Shown one piece after another: positions 30,027-40,116 of a stretch of 64,000 bases of DNA. The stretch's first letter is position 1. The number at the start of each line of letters is the position of its first letter. The stretch lies in NCBI GenBank assembly GCA_000092065.1, contig CP000583.1; one strand, written 5' to 3'. The stretch comes from Ostreococcus lucimarinus (Eukaryota). The position numbers and the translations under genes were made by a program. The notes beneath the pieces are model-generated. The model did not search any database and had not been told where the DNA came from. It saw only the letters and a list, made by a program, of their open reading frames with translations.

Positions 30027-30239
30027 GGCGCGCGCGCGGCGGCGTGTGCGGCGGCGCGGTGCGAAAGTGAGTCGTCGTCGTGAAAAAGTTTGAGGACAAA
30101 GATGCGATTTTTCGGGCGCGCCGGCGGAGGAGGGAGACGGAGGACGAGACGACGAGGGAACGCGCGATTCGACGCGGGATGCGCGTGGAATGAATCTGAC
30201 TATTATGAACGATCGCTGAGATTCAAAATCATTCGGGAT

Positions 30240-33200
30240 TCAAAATCCTTTGGCGGCGCGAGAACGCGGGAGGATGTCGCCTCGACCGCGCTTGAGCCAT
30301 AGGTTGATGGAGGCGCGGTGCGCGCGCGTGACGTATTTCAAAACCTCGTCGATGAAGATGACGGGAATGGAGAACCAAAACACCGCGCGCCACTCTTCGT
30401 AGTTGAGCGCGGTGATGGTGAACGTCTTCGCGAAGGATGGGACGTACATGATGATGAAATGGAGCCACATGCTGATGACGATGGAGACGAGCAACCAGAC
30501 ATTCGTCGTCGGCGGGTGGGAGAATAACGATTTGTTCTCGCTCAGTGAGTTCAACGCGTTGAACATTTCGATCAATACTAGGGTCGACATCGCCATCGTG
30601 CTCGGTCGACGATCTTTGAAGGATTCACACGCGTCTCCGATGCATCGCGAGGCGCTCGTGAGCTCTGCCCACGTCATTTGCGGGCCGCCGGGGTACGACA
30701 TAAACCACCATCCGAACGACCCAACGGTCGCTATGCCGACGTAAACGCCGATAATGAGGTACCGAATCAGTAACCATCGATCAACGATCTGCTCACGCGG
30801 ACTCCGAGGTCGTTGACGCATGATGTCACCATCCGCGCGGTTGAAACCAAGCGCGGTGGCGGGTAATCCGTCGGTGACGAGATTAACCCACAAAAGTTGC
30901 ACCGGAACGAGCGTCTCCGGGAACCCAAGGGCGGCGGCGATAAAAATACACACCACTTCGCCGATATTTGAGCTCACCATGTAGCGAATAAATTGCTTCG
31001 TATTGTTGTAGATTGCGCGACCCTCCGCGACGGCTTCGACGATGGTGCTAAAGTTATCGTCTGCGAGCACCATATCGGCGGCGCCTTTGGCAACCGCGGT
31101 ACCGCTTCCCATGGCAATCCCGATGTCCGCGCATTTGAGTGCCGGAGCATCATTCACACCATCGCCCGTCATCGCGACGATGTTGTCCTGCCGCTTCAAA
31201 ATCTCGACGAGCTTGCTCTTTTGCGCGGGCTCGACGCGAGAAAAGACGCACATCGTCCGCGCCGCTTCTTCGCGCTGCTCGATCGTCATCGCCTCAAACT
31301 CCACACCGGTGAAAGATTTTCCCTTGAAACTATTTTGAGTTGAACCACCCGTCAAAGGATCGATCGAGTTGCTCAAGCCAATCTGCGATGCGATGGCTTC
31401 TGCGGTTTGTTGGTTGTCGCCGGTGACCATGATGACGCGAATACCCGCGTCTTTGCACGTTTGTAACGAATAACGCACCTCCGGGCGCGGTGGATCAATC
31501 ATTCCAACAAGACCAATGAATGTGAGATTGTTTTCGTCCGTCTCAGAGCACGTCGTTACGCCTCGACCCATGGGGCGCATCGCGAGCGCCAACACGCGTA
31601 GGGCGTCATTGGCGTAGCCTCGCATTTGCTCCGCCACTTGTTCGCGAACTTGATCCGTCATTCTTTCCGCTCGGCCGTTGCGATTAGACATAACCGACGT
31701 GCAAAGTGACAGAACACTCTCCGGTGCACCTTTGACGAATAGAATGGATTCATCATTTCGAGAGCATAGCGTTGACATGCGCTTGCGTTCGCTCGTAAAC
31801 TCCGCCGTCGCGAGCTTTGTAAATTCCGAATCCCAATATTGTGTGCTATGCATGTCCTGGTCGCTCTGAGCTCGCCCGAGTATTCCGGAATCCGAAGGTA
31901 GTCCAATCTTTTCCGTGAGCACGCGAAGAGCAATCTCTGTCGCTTCTCCAATCTTCTCAAAAGATCCCTTTTCCTTGTCGAAATTCAGCGTGGAATCGTT
32001 GCACATCGAACAGCACATGGCAACATAAGCCACCGCCGCGGCGTCGGCTGGTTCGTGCACGACCAAGCCGCGAGAGTCTAAAATTTCCCCATTCTGTGCG
32101 TAAGCCTCGCCGCGAATACCGTAGTTGGTAACTTCTGCGGTGCTCGAATTTTCGATGACGCACATGCGCATCACAGTCATGACGTTGCACGTCAGCGTAC
32201 CCGTTTTATCGCTACAAATAACCGAAGTGCACCCCAAGGTCTCCACGCTAGGAAGCGTTCGCACGAGAGCGTTCTTTTTCGCCATGCGACGCGTGCCGAG
32301 GGCGAGACACGTGGTGACGACGGCGGGTAAGCCTTCGGGAATCGCGGCCACGGCAAGCGCGACGGCAATCTTAAAGTAATAAACCGCACCTCGCAGCAAT
32401 CCTCCGTGCGCCTTGTCGGCAAAGTGTCCAATGTTCACCACCCACACTAAAATACAAATTACCGCGATGATTTTCCCGAGCAAGTTCCCGAATTCGTCCA
32501 ATTTCTTCTTCAGCGGCGTCAATTCCTCCTCCGTCTGCTCGAGCGTGTGTTGAATCTTCCCCATGGCTGTGTTACTACCCGTACCGACCACCACGCACGT
32601 AGCCTTACCCACGGTCACCGTGGTCCCACTGTACACCATGCACGTCTTGTCTTGCAGCACGCACTCGCCGAGATGTTCCACCGCCCGTTCCGTCTTCGCC
32701 ACGCTTCCGCTCTCCCCCGTCAACAGCGCCTGATCGCACCGCAGGACGTTGGAGTGAATCTTAACCAATCGGCAATCCGCGGGCACCTTTTCTCCCGTCG
32801 CAATCTCCACGATGTCTCCGGGCACGAGCGCCTCCGCGTTCACCTTGCGTTTCTCGCCGTCGCGCGTGCACGTGGCGACGTCCGCCTCGTACTTTTTCAA
32901 TTCCTCAATCGCGCGCTCCGCGTTCTTCTCCGTCGCCACTCCCACCGCGGCGTTCGCGATTAATATCGCCACGATCACTCCCGGTTCCAGGAACGCCTCC
33001 GAGCCACCCTCACCGTCCCACAGCGCGAGCGCCAACGACACGAACGCCGCGAGCAACAGCACCTTCACCATCGTGTCGTCGAATTGCTTAATCACCAACG
33101 ACGCGAACGACGTCTCCCGCTGCGCCGGCAGCGCGTTCGCCCCGCACGCATCTCTCCGTCGCTGCACGTCCGCGCGATCGAGCCCGTGCGCGAGATCGAG

Positions 33201-33317
33201 GACGCCCAACCGCGCCAAGGTTTCAGTCGCGCTCAATCGATGCGCGTCTTCCGCGTGTCTTCGCCACGCCGTCGCCGCCGCCGCGCTCTCGGGATTGACA
33301 TCGCGCGCGTGAGGCAT
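30240..33317 (-). CDS. SERCA-type P-type Ca2+-ATPase (type IIA)
   Basis: Motifs ICSDKTGTLT, KGAPE and TGDGVNDAPALK and 10 TM segments are present. The sequence aligns over its full length with SERCA. ATG at 33317. Confidence 0.9.
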   Translation of the reverse strand: MPHARDVNPESAAAATAWRRHAEDAHRLSATETLARLGVLDLAHGLDRADVQRRRDACGANALPAQRETSFASLVIKQFDDTMVKVLLLAAFVSLALALWDGEGGSEAFLEPGVIVAILIANAAVGVATEKNAERAIEELKKYEADVATCTRDGEKRKVNAEALVPGDIVEIATGEKVPADCRLVKIHSNVLRCDQALLTGESGSVAKTERAVEHLGECVLQDKTCMVYSGTTVTVGKATCVVVGTGSNTAMGKIQHTLEQTEEELTPLKKKLDEFGNLLGKIIAVICILVWVVNIGHFADKAHGGLLRGAVYYFKIAVALAVAAIPEGLPAVVTTCLALGTRRMAKKNALVRTLPSVETLGCTSVICSDKTGTLTCNVMTVMRMCVIENSSTAEVTNYGIRGEAYAQNGEILDSRGLVVHEPADAAAVAYVAMCCSMCNDSTLNFDKEKGSFEKIGEATEIALRVLTEKIGLPSDSGILGRAQSDQDMHSTQYWDSEFTKLATAEFTSERKRMSTLCSRNDESILFVKGAPESVLSLCTSVMSNRNGRAERMTDQVREQVAEQMRGYANDALRVLALAMRPMGRGVTTCSETDENNLTFIGLVGMIDPPRPEVRYSLQTCKDAGIRVIMVTGDNQQTAEAIASQIGLSNSIDPLTGGSTQNSFKGKSFTGVEFEAMTIEQREEAARTMCVFSRVEPAQKSKLVEILKRQDNIVAMTGDGVNDAPALKCADIGIAMGSGTAVAKGAADMVLADDNFSTIVEAVAEGRAIYNNTKQFIRYMVSSNIGEVVCIFIAAALGFPETLVPVQLLWVNLVTDGLPATALGFNRADGDIMRQRPRSPREQIVDRWLLIRYLIIGVYVGIATVGSFGWWFMSYPGGPQMTWAELTSASRCIGDACESFKDRRPSTMAMSTLVLIEMFNALNSLSENKSLFSHPPTTNVWLLVSIVISMWLHFIIMYVPSFAKTFTITALNYEEWRAVFWFSIPVIFIDEVLKYVTRAHRASINLWLKRGRGDILPRSRAAKGF

Positions 33318-33459
33318 GCTTTCGCGACGCGCGGTCGGCGCGACGCGCGCTCGAGCGACGCGCGCGCGTCGTCGTTCGCGGATAAGCGTCGCCGGGTGTC
33401 CCGTCCAGCCGAACGTTCGGGACGCCCGACCGCAGTGTTCGCCGCGCGCGACGACCGCG

Positions 33460-34047
33460 ATGCCGTCCTCGACGTCCCGCGCGCTCGTCGCGGCGTCCGG
33501 AATCGTTCTGGCGATCGTCGCGAGCGATATCTACGGCGCGTACGCGTCCACGGCGACGGAGACGGCGCCGTCCGAGACGTTTCGCGCGATGTCCCGAGGC
33601 GCCGGGAAAGTCGTCGTCGGGTTTTGCACCTCGTGATCTTACCGCGGCGGGTTCAACCAGCTCGCGCGCGCGATCGAAAATGAATTCGGGATGGCCACGA
33701 CCGGTGGGCACTGGCCGCCGAGCGCGACGGCGGTGGCGCTCGGTCGAGCGTTCTCGTGGGTGCAAATCGCGCTCTGGACGGCTACGTTTTTCGGCGAGCG
33801 GGCGGCGACGCGCGTCTTCGGCGAGAGCGCGGTCGTCCCGGCGTGGTTGAAGTCGATGAGCGAGAATAAGTTTCAAACCGCCATCATGACTTTTTGGGTG
33901 TTCAACATCGTGAGCGCGAACGTGTTGAACACCGGGGCGTTTGAGGTGTTTTACGACGGCGAGCTCGTGTCTTCAAAGTTGCAGAGCGGGAAATTGCCGA
34001 GGGTCGATACGATATTCGAAGGGATTCGCGCGATTCAGGGGAAGTAG
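33460..34047 (+). CDS. Selenoprotein T (SelT, Rdx family) with in-frame Sec-UGA at 33634-33636
   Basis: A signal peptide MPSSTSRALVAASGIVLAIVASDIYGAYA is present. The motif …VVVGFCTS-U-SYRGG… places UGA inside the CxxU redox motif. The downstream ORF is in the same frame and aligns to the SelT C-terminal domain (…NTGAFEVFYDGELVSSKLQSGKLPRVDTIFEGI…). The ORF track splits the gene at the UGA. Confidence 0.8.
33634..33636 (+). other. UGA selenocysteine codon of SelT
   Basis: An in-frame TGA separates two same-frame ORFs at the CTSU motif. Confidence 0.75.
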
Positions 34048-34251
34048 TGTCATCGCATGGAACGATGAGATGCGATGCTCGTCGTGGTTAGCGATGCGAT
34101 GGGCGCGCGGGATGAAACGAACGGTGACGACGCGCGCGGAAAACTCGGTCGAAGAAATCGGCCAGTCGCGCGCGTTTGACTTCTTCGGTTCGTCCACGCG
34201 CTTCGCTCGTCGTCGTCGTCTGGAAGATGAATCAATATATCATCATCATGT

Positions 34252-34310
34252 AATAAAAACTAACGTAGTTCTCTCGCGCGAATAAAACTAACGTAGTTCT
34301 CTCGTGCGAG
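34252..34310. repeat. Tandem duplication of about 29 bp (AATAAAA(A)CTAACGTAGTTCTCTCG[C/T]GCGA) in a convergent 3' UTR region
   Basis: Read directly from the sequence between the SelT stop (34047) and the LHC stop (34431). It contains AATAAA-like motifs. Confidence 0.7.
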
Positions 34311-34430
34311 TCGAAGACCGACCGCGGGGCGATGATGGGCGACGTCGACGGCGCTCGCGCGGCGCGTTCGTCGCTCAAATTTTATATAACGACCTTGCCG
34401 TCGAAAATTACAACGCTAAACCGTAAGTGA

Positions 34431-35401
34431 TTACCACGGGATCGGACGGAACTCCTCGTCGCTGCCGTCACCGAGCGTCTTTTGCGCGAGCAAGAACGTC
34501 GGGGCGGTGGACAAGAAGGCGATGAAGGCGACGGCTTCGCCGCCGACGGAGCTCGTGAACAAGTTGACGGCTTGCGGGTTGGCCATGTGCGCCTCCAAGC
34601 CCTCCAACGGGGAGAGACCGGTGACGGCGTATTGGGAAACCATACCGAGGAACGCAACCATCGCGAGGCGCGCGTTCTTCACTTCCTTCACGCGCTTGTC
34701 CGGAGCATCGAGTCCAGCCGGGTCGAACGGGAACGCGTTCAACACGCCGGATTCGCCCGACTTCATGAAACCGCGCGTGCGCGCCGCCTCGAGAATGCTC
34801 ATCGCCACGACTTGGAACCCGACGAGCTGTTGGAAGTCCATACCGTAATCCACGGCACCGGCTTCCCACCACTTCGGCAAACCAACCGCGTCGGTGAACA
34901 AAATACCCGCCGTCGCCGCCATGGCCCAGCGCCCGTTCATGAGCTCCGCCTCTTGCAAGTACGGCAGCGTCTCCGGGTTCGCCCCGAGTCGCAACGGGTC
35001 AAAGCCTGCGCGCGCACCGCATCCGTCAGTCACACATCCACGCGCGCCTCCATTCGTCCCGCGTCCCGCCCTCTTCCGCTCGCGTAGGCGCGTCTCCCCG
35101 CGCCGCCGCCCCGCGCGTCCGCCGCCTTCGAATCGCCATCCCAGCCGTATCCGACCGTATCGTATCTCCCATCGCCCGCCATCGCGCGCGTCCTCGCGCG
35201 TCGCTCGCGTCGCGCACCGTAATCGCCGGCCATCGTCCCATCGAGATATTTCGGCGCCACCGCTCCCGGGTACCACAGCTCGCGGTCCGCGTTCGCCGCG
35301 CGCGCGGCGACGCGCGCGCGCGGCGCGCGCGTCGTCGATCGCGCGTCGACGATCGTCGCGCGGTTCGCGATGGCGTGTCGAGCCGTCGTGAGGGAGAACA
35401 T
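34431..35401 (-). CDS. Light-harvesting complex protein (FCP/LHC family); exons 35218-35401 and 34431-35005
   Basis: Exon 1 is MFSL…ELWYPGAVAPKYLDGTMAGDYG. Donor GTGCGC (phase 1), intron 35006-35217 and acceptor gcgcAG follow. Exon 2 is FDPLRLGANPETLPYLQEAELMNGRWAMAATAGILFTD…KNARLAMVAFLG… (helices 1 and 3 with conserved E/R). There is an extra C-terminal hydrophobic segment GEAVAFIAFLSTAPTFLLAQ. Confidence 0.8.
35006..35217 (-). other. Intron (GTGCGC donor), phase 1
   Basis: Splicing creates the canonical GDYGFDPLRLG junction. Confidence 0.6.
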
Positions 35402-35712
35402 CGCGTTCGTCGGGTGTTCGCGCGCGAGAATTTACGCGTTCACGGGTCCGTCGTCGTCGACGGGTGCGCGCGGCTCGTGCGAGGCGCGGGCGTGTGAAGA
35501 CGCGCGCGCGTCCGCGCGCGGCGCGCGCCAATCCGCGCGCGCGATCCGTCGCGATGGATGGGCCGCGTTCGCGTTTGATCGCCTTCGCGCGCGCTCGAAT
35601 ACGGGGGATTCGAATACGCGCGCGGCTGAGTGTCCGTGTGTGAGACGCACCACGATTGAGACGCCGCGCGGCATCGCGACCGCGGACCGCGACGCCGTCG
35701 CGGCGCGGCGCG

Positions 35713-37257
35713 ATGCCGCGCGCGCGCGACGCGCGCGCGCGCGTACGAGCGCTCTTTCTCGCGTGCGTCGTTCTCGCGACGCGCGGCGCGCGCGCGAGCG
35801 ACGCGAAAGCCGACGCGCGAGGACGAGCGCTCGCGCTCGAGCGCTGGGCGCGGACGCCGACGCGACGCTGGGACGCGGCGGCGCGAGAGGAAGACGCGAC
35901 GACGGCCGCGCGCGTGTCGGAATCGATTCGAATCGTCGCGGAGGCGCGAGGCGCGGGTCGAGGCGTGGCGACGACGAGGAACGTGAGCGCGGGGGAGCTC
36001 CTGGCGGAGGTGCCGCTGGAGAAGTGCCTGTGCGCGGCGAGCGCGAGGATGGACGCGCGGCTGTGGCGCGCGATCGGGGCGAGCGGGGCGAGCGGGGACG
36101 CGATATTGGCGGCGCACGTGCTGCGGGAGGCGTTCGATGCGGGATCGAAGAGCGCGTATTGGCCGTGGTTGCGGTTGCTGCCGAGAGACGTGGACAGCAC
36201 GGTGGGGTGGAACGAGGACGAGTTGAGCGAGCTGAGCGGATCGAACGTCGTGGTGTTCACGCGAGCGATCAAGGCGCAGTGGAGGATGGAATACGACGCG
36301 CTCGACGTGCCGACGCTTGGGGAAAAATTTCCAGACGTCTTCGGGGGCGAGCGCGCGGCGCATTACACGTTTGACAAGTTTACGTGGGCGCGGTTTATTA
36401 TTTGGTCGCGCGCGATCGATTTATCCACCGAAAGCGCCGAGGCGCCGACGATTCGCGTGCTGGTACCGTTGTTGGACATGGCGAACCACGCGCCAGGGGG
36501 TAAGTTGCGCCCGGAGTGGGACGCGCGCTCGAACGCGGTCAAGGTGTACGCGGCGAGCGCGTTTCGGGAGCACACGGAATTAAGGTTCAACTACGACACC
36601 AAGCCGTCGCAGTACTTTTTGTTACAATACGGTTTCATTCCGGAAACGAATCCCGCCGAGTGCGTCGAGGCGACGGTGCGCGTGAGCGATCACGACTCCC
36701 TTCGAGACGCCAAAGAGGAGCTCTTACGTCTGCACGGTCTCGATCCGAAGAAGAGAAACTTCGAATGGAAACCGCGAAGTATTGATTACGACTTGCTCGC
36801 GGCGACGCGAGTCATAACTATGGACGAGGCAGAAATGAGCGACGCGACGTCGTTGACGCTCGCCGTCAGTGGCGCCTCGGTGAGCGCCAAGAACGACGCG
36901 CGCACGAAAGCCGTACTCCTCAAATCTTTGGCGAGCTTTTTAGAGTCGTATACGACGACTCTCGCGGAAGACAACGAATACGTCGCACGTGTCGATGACG
37001 AATCGAACGATGAGCCGCTTCCAGGAAAGCGAAAGCGCTTCGCCGTGTTGCTGCGCATGCGCGAAAAGCAAATCTTGCTCGCATCCGCGGACGCCTTGTT
37101 CAAGGAATTACCAGACGAAGATCAAGAGCTCGTGAAGTCGACGTGCGAAGAGATCTTCATGAATGAATTCGACGCGTGCATGACGCGCGCGAACGGGACG
37201 GTGTTCGCGTCGTACGAGAAAAAAACCGAGGAGGAGAGGGTGGATGAATCATCGTAA
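35713..37257 (+). CDS. SET-domain protein-lysine methyltransferase (Rubisco LSMT/SETD3-like) with signal-peptide-like N-terminus
   Basis: The SET domain (…RGVATTRNVSAGELLAEVPLEKC…LVPLLDMANH…ELRFNYD…) and a Rubisco-LSMT substrate-binding-like C-terminal region are present. ATG at 35713. Confidence 0.7.
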   Translation: MPRARDARARVRALFLACVVLATRGARASDAKADARGRALALERWARTPTRRWDAAAREEDATTAARVSESIRIVAEARGAGRGVATTRNVSAGELLAEVPLEKCLCAASARMDARLWRAIGASGASGDAILAAHVLREAFDAGSKSAYWPWLRLLPRDVDSTVGWNEDELSELSGSNVVVFTRAIKAQWRMEYDALDVPTLGEKFPDVFGGERAAHYTFDKFTWARFIIWSRAIDLSTESAEAPTIRVLVPLLDMANHAPGGKLRPEWDARSNAVKVYAASAFREHTELRFNYDTKPSQYFLLQYGFIPETNPAECVEATVRVSDHDSLRDAKEELLRLHGLDPKKRNFEWKPRSIDYDLLAATRVITMDEAEMSDATSLTLAVSGASVSAKNDARTKAVLLKSLASFLESYTTTLAEDNEYVARVDDESNDEPLPGKRKRFAVLLRMREKQILLASADALFKELPDEDQELVKSTCEEIFMNEFDACMTRANGTVFASYEKKTEEERVDESS

Positions 37258-37330
37258 ATCGGTATTATGTATCAACACAACATTAACTAGGTGTAGTCAA
37301 AGTAGCTTGTAGCGCAGCGCGTCAAATTAT

Positions 37331-38569
37331 TTAGTAAGGACGGTGTCTGTTATCGCGACCTCGGCCATTGCGTCGGTTGTCTCGTCCACGGCCGCCGCCG
37401 CCGCCGATGGCGTAGGCAACTTGGCCGGTGGGAAGGATGACTGGCGTTGCGTTCACTTGTCTGGCGCCAGACCAAGAGCCGCGCGGGGCGAGACCGCCGC
37501 CGTACTTGGAGTCGCCACTTCTGTATTTAGACCAATCGTCCCGACCACCGCCGCGAGAAGGACCGCCGCGGCCCGAGTTTGGCTCTCGACCTCGATTGCC
37601 GGCGTCCGAGCGGTACGATTTGCGCGACGACATCACCTTGATGGTGGAGCCGTCGACGCTGGAGATGAAGGCACCACCCTTGTCACCTTCGGCCGCGCCT
37701 TCAACCGGTTCGCACTCCGCGAGAGCTTTTTCGACGCTCTCGGCGGAATCGTAAAACACCCAGCCTCTCGTGCGATCTTTTTCCATAATCTGCGTGCCGA
37801 GAATTGTACCGTAACGCTCGAAAGCCTCGCGCAAGCCCTGATCTGTGGCGTTCGCTTCGTTCATCTCGGTGACGTGCAACGTCTTGATTTCGATTTCTTT
37901 CTTCTGCGGTCTTGGTCCGACAAATTCGCACACAAGACCTCTCTTGTCCTTGTCGTCCGCCACGGGCAACTTTTCTTCGCGGTTCGCCGCCATGTTCTTC
38001 ATAAAGCGTTCCGCGCACGCCTCGTTGTAAAACGAAGCCCAACCCCGGCCGCCGTTGTGATCTCCACTTTCAACGACCGCGTTCTCGGCGTTCTTCTTCG
38101 CCGATCGCGGTCGCGAGAGCGCGAAAAACTCCAAACCCGCGCCTCGCGAGCGCAACGCCTCCACGATCTCCTCTCGCGTCGCGTCCTTTCGCAGCCCGGT
38201 CACCATCACCCGATACTTGCTCGGTTTCACGCTCGCCGTAATCTTCATCTTCTTCACCTCGCACTCCGCCTTCGCGATCGCCGCCACCGCGTTCGCCGCG
38301 CTCTCCCTCGAGTCGTACCTCGCGAACGCGTACCCGCGATGCGTCCCCGTCGTCCTATCCGTCACCAATTCGAACCCCGTCGCCCCGCTCTCCGCCCCGC
38401 ACTCCCGCAGCGCCGCGTGCACGTCCTTCTCGCTCGCCTCCGCCGCGATTCCCTTCACGAACACCTCCGTCTCCCGTCCCGGTTTCCCCGCGATCAGCGC
38501 ATCCGTCGCGTCCGATTCCAGAAGCACGCTTCGGCGCTCGTCGAAGTCGTACGCGTCGTCCTCGTCCAT
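37331..38569 (-). CDS. RNA-binding protein with multiple RRM domains and C-terminal RGG/GAR region (nucleolin-like)
   Basis: RRM-like blocks (…ETEVFVKGIAAEASEKDVHAAL…, …YRVMVTGLRKDATREEIVEAL…, …KTLHVTEMNEANATDQGLREAFERYGTILG…RGWVFYDSAESVEKAL) are present. The tail is GGGRDDW…GGGGRGRDNRRNGRGRDN. Start at MDEDDAYDF (ATG 38569). Confidence 0.65.
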   Translation of the reverse strand: MDEDDAYDFDERRSVLLESDATDALIAGKPGRETEVFVKGIAAEASEKDVHAALRECGAESGATGFELVTDRTTGTHRGYAFARYDSRESAANAVAAIAKAECEVKKMKITASVKPSKYRVMVTGLRKDATREEIVEALRSRGAGLEFFALSRPRSAKKNAENAVVESGDHNGGRGWASFYNEACAERFMKNMAANREEKLPVADDKDKRGLVCEFVGPRPQKKEIEIKTLHVTEMNEANATDQGLREAFERYGTILGTQIMEKDRTRGWVFYDSAESVEKALAECEPVEGAAEGDKGGAFISSVDGSTIKVMSSRKSYRSDAGNRGREPNSGRGGPSRGGGRDDWSKYRSGDSKYGGGLAPRGSWSGARQVNATPVILPTGQVAYAIGGGGGRGRDNRRNGRGRDNRHRPY

Positions 38570-38733
38570 CGCCGCCGTCGCCGTTTCGCCTCGCGCGTCG
38601 CGAGTCTCAGTCGTCGTCGCGTCGCGCGCGCGCGTGTGCCGACGCGATCGCGCGCGCGATTCGCGATCGCGCGTCGTCAATCGTTTTCGCGGGAACGGCG
38701 CGCGCTACAAAAAGCGACTCGACGACGCGCGCG

Positions 38734-40116
38734 ATGTCGCGCGCGGACGCTCGAAACGCGTACGACGCCATCCTCGACGCGCGCACGCGCGACGCGGCGT
38801 CGATGGAGCGGTTCGCCGCGCTCGCGACGGCGCCGAGCGCGGTGCCGCGCGCCGCCGTCGAAGCGGTCGTCGACGCGGGCGCGCGCGCGGCGCTCGTCGA
38901 CGTGCGCTCGCCGGGAGAGCACGCGCGAGGACGCGCGCCGCGCGCGATAAACGCGCCGCTGTTCGATGACGACGAACGCGCGGCGGTGGGGACGGCGTAC
39001 AAGACGAGAGGACGAGGCGAGGCGCTGGTGCTGGGGATGGCGGCGGCGGCGCCGCGGTTGGAGGCGATCGTGGAGCGCGCGAAGCGAGCGGTGGAGACGG
39101 TGGCGACGACGCGAGGGAACGGTGACGGCGAAGACGATGGTGAGATTGATGTGTACGTGATGTGCTTTCGAGGAGGGATGCGGAGCTCGTGCGTGGGGTG
39201 GTTGTTGAAGGAACGGTTGCGCGGCGCGAGAGTCCACGTGGTCGAGGGCGGATACAAGGCGTTTCGGAGGTGGGCGCTCGAGCGGTGCGGACCGACGCGC
39301 GGATTGCCCGCGCCGAGGGTGTGCGTCGTCGGTGGACGCACGGGGGTGGGGAAGACGCGCGCGCTGTTGGCGCTGCGCGCGAAAGGGGAACAGATTATCG
39401 ATTTAGAGGGGTTGGCGAACCACGCCGGGAGCGCGTTCGGGTGGGTCGGGCGAGAGCCGCAGCCGACTTCGGAGCACTACTCTAATTTAGTCGCCTGCGA
39501 GTGGCACGCGTTGGATGCGAGCAGATGGGTGTTCATCGAGGATGAGGGACCGCACGTCGGGCGGTGCTCGGTGGATCCGTTGTTGTTTGAGCGCATGCGA
39601 AACGCTCCTCTGGTGCTTCGCATGGTCGCCCCGCGCGAGGTGCGGTTGCACACTTTAGTGGAAGATTACGCGACGTCAGAGTTGCGTTCTCATCCGGAAT
39701 GGATGCCCACAATGCGTGAAAGCGTCGATAAGCTCGTCAAGCGGCTCGGTGGCGACCGCGTGCGCGACATTCGAGAAAAGCTCGAAGCCGGCGATTTCAC
39801 CGCCGTCGCCGAAGGTTTGCTCGAGTATTACGACGGTTTGTACGACAAGCACCTCATGAGCAAGCGCAAAGACCGTCGCGCGGCGCGGGCCGCCAACGCC
39901 AACGCCGCCAACGCCAACGCCAACGACGACGCGTGTTCGGTGCAATCCTTCACGTCGTCCACCACCGAAGACGAGGCCCGAGCCGGCGTCGTCGTCGACG
40001 TCAACTGCGTCGCCAACGCCTCGGGTGGCCTCGACGAGGACCTTCTCGTCCGCGATGTTCTGTGCGCCGTCGCTCTGTTCGAATGCGAAGGACCGAACGA
40101 CCCCGAACGCGCGTAG
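38734..40116 (+). CDS. selU: tRNA 2-selenouridine synthase (SelU/MnmH/YbbB-type: rhodanese domain plus P-loop)
   Basis: The protein aligns along its whole length with E. coli SelU. Matches include VDVRSPGEH…AINAPLFDDDERAAVGTAYK, rhodanese Cys MCFRGGMRS, GGYKAFRRWA, P-loop VVGGRTGVGKT, DLEGLANHAGSAFG and LLEYYDGLYDKHL. ATG at 38734. Confidence 0.85.
   Translation: MSRADARNAYDAILDARTRDAASMERFAALATAPSAVPRAAVEAVVDAGARAALVDVRSPGEHARGRAPRAINAPLFDDDERAAVGTAYKTRGRGEALVLGMAAAAPRLEAIVERAKRAVETVATTRGNGDGEDDGEIDVYVMCFRGGMRSSCVGWLLKERLRGARVHVVEGGYKAFRRWALERCGPTRGLPAPRVCVVGGRTGVGKTRALLALRAKGEQIIDLEGLANHAGSAFGWVGREPQPTSEHYSNLVACEWHALDASRWVFIEDEGPHVGRCSVDPLLFERMRNAPLVLRMVAPREVRLHTLVEDYATSELRSHPEWMPTMRESVDKLVKRLGGDRVRDIREKLEAGDFTAVAEGLLEYYDGLYDKHLMSKRKDRRAARAANANAANANANDDACSVQSFTSSTTEDEARAGVVVDVNCVANASGGLDEDLLVRDVLCAVALFECEGPNDPERA

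Noticed and set aside
33316-34047. Interpreting 33316-33636 and 33691-34047 as two separate small genes
   Set aside because: They have the same frame, a single TGA between them inside a CxxU motif, and continuous SelT homology. A selenoprotein is the better model.
34048-34330. Specific SECIS call at ATGA 34112 (…gggATGAaacgaacggtgacgacgcgcgcggAAAActcggtcGAag…)
   Set aside because: The AAAA is about 24 nt from the ATGA rather than 9-12 nt, and I could not pair a convincing helix II by eye. It is left as a region to scan rather than a called feature.
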